Shown: one piece after another, positions 31,540-32,000 of the stretch
How positions within the stretch are numbered: position 1 is the stretch's first letter
Layout of the letters: each line of letters starts with the position of its first letter
NCBI GenBank assembly: GCA_002421785.1
Contig: DIRZ01000003.1
Coordinates: 340,700 to 372,699, forward strand
Length of the DNA: 32,000 nt
DNA from: Candidatus Saccharimonadota bacterium
GTDB taxonomy: Bacteria; Patescibacteriota; Saccharimonadia; Saccharimonadales; Saccharimonadaceae
Reading direction: 5' to 3'
Notes under the pieces: model-generated
The model's input: only the letters and a program-made list of their open reading frames with translations
Databases searched by the model: none
What the model was told of the DNA's origin: nothing
Translations under genes and position numbers: made by a program

Positions 31540-32000
31540 ATGCATGAATCACGTTGGCAGCTCCTGGTTGCAAACAGCCTCGGAACTCTTGGGTACTTTT
31601 CTTGCGGAGTGCAGTGGGTATGGGCAACAATTATTCTTTGCTACCCTATCATTTCAGACAAAAATTCATTTCTTTTTAAGCGCGACCTCGCTCCTGTCGT
31701 AACAAATACCCCTCCAACCGAACCATTGCCTCCTGTCATTGGCATCATCCTAATTGTCTTTACCCTCGCCCTGCTCATCATGACGGTCATTATACTTATG
31801 CGCCTACCAAAAACCATTGGAAAGACTGGGGCAAAAATCACCCAGACCGCAAGCGCCGCCATTGTACCAACAATTACTCACCGCAAAAAACTTACGAAAA
31901 AACGACGCTCTTTCCTGACGTACAGAGTAACACTCGCAGTTAAGCTAACAGCCTCTCTGCTTCCGCTTGCTGCGCTATTCTTCGCACCCTCAATACCAGC
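31540..32000 (+). CDS. Partial (5' part) membrane protein, continues beyond the window
   Basis: The frame from ATG 31540 stays open to the window end. It translates MHESRWQLLVANSLGTLGYFSCGVQWVWATIILCYPII... with at least three hydrophobic helices. It is absent from the ORF track because it has no stop codon. Confidence 0.45.
   Translation, partial: MHESRWQLLVANSLGTLGYFSCGVQWVWATIILCYPIISDKNSFLFKRDLAPVVTNTPPTEPLPPVIGIILIVFTLALLIMTVIILMRLPKTIGKTGAKITQTASAAIVPTITHRKKLTKKRRSFLTYRVTLAVKLTASLLPLAALFFAPSIP

Noticed and set aside
31312-31545. 77-aa minus-strand ORF
   Set aside because: It runs antisense straight through tRNA-Pro and its terminator hairpin, so it is a chance ORF.
1-32000. CRISPR arrays, rRNA genes, IS transposases and known defence or toxin-antitoxin genes
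   Set aside because: I found no regularly spaced direct repeats, no rRNA-like sequence, no DDE/HUH transposase motifs and no recognisable defence-system domains on either strand.

Overview
This 32-kb window is chromosomal DNA from what looks like a small-genome bacterium with a Gram-positive-type cell wall. The gene content is most consistent with a Saccharibacteria (TM7)/CPR-like epibiont: six type IV pilin-like genes, murB/murA/murT-gatD, tightly overlapping operons, CCA-encoding tRNAs and promoters that abut start codons. That assignment is inference only. Layout: (1) 1-3171 is the right end of an AT-rich integrative element (small ORF, RepA/AAA_25-like ATPase, large serine recombinase). 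It is inserted at the 3' end of tRNA-Arg(TCG), and the recombinase ORF reads into the antisense strand of the tRNA. (2) 3313-8561 holds murB followed by five prepilin-type genes. One is a 704-aa pilin-like protein with an Fn3-like module and three tandem repeats, a candidate tip adhesin. (3) 8558-11653 encodes a 1031-aa surface-anchored SGNH hydrolase. (4) glyA sits divergent from an HTH(XRE)-MurA fusion, with operator-like repeats in the shared promoter region. (5) 14640-16622 is a decayed second island at tRNA-Gly(TCC), with two orphan genes and a 5'-truncated serine recombinase. It shows the same ORF-into-tRNA architecture. (6) Next come tRNA-His, tRNA-Arg(TCT), a secreted hydrolase-like protein and a sixth pilin. 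(7) An operon encodes a YpfJ-type Zn-metallopeptidase, a small ATP-grasp ligase and an unannotated 28-aa lysine-rich ORF. (8) An overlapping operon encodes a small membrane protein, a membrane-anchored Hsp100/Clp-like double AAA+ protein (degenerate D1, no pore-loop tyrosines) and a P1B-type ATPase. (9) The window ends with murT-gatD, bcp, an OpgC-like acyltransferase, a GT-C glycosyltransferase, tRNA-Pro and a partial membrane protein. I found no rRNA, CRISPR array, transposase or recognisable defence-system gene. All functional calls rest on motif recognition by eye; no database search or folding program was available.
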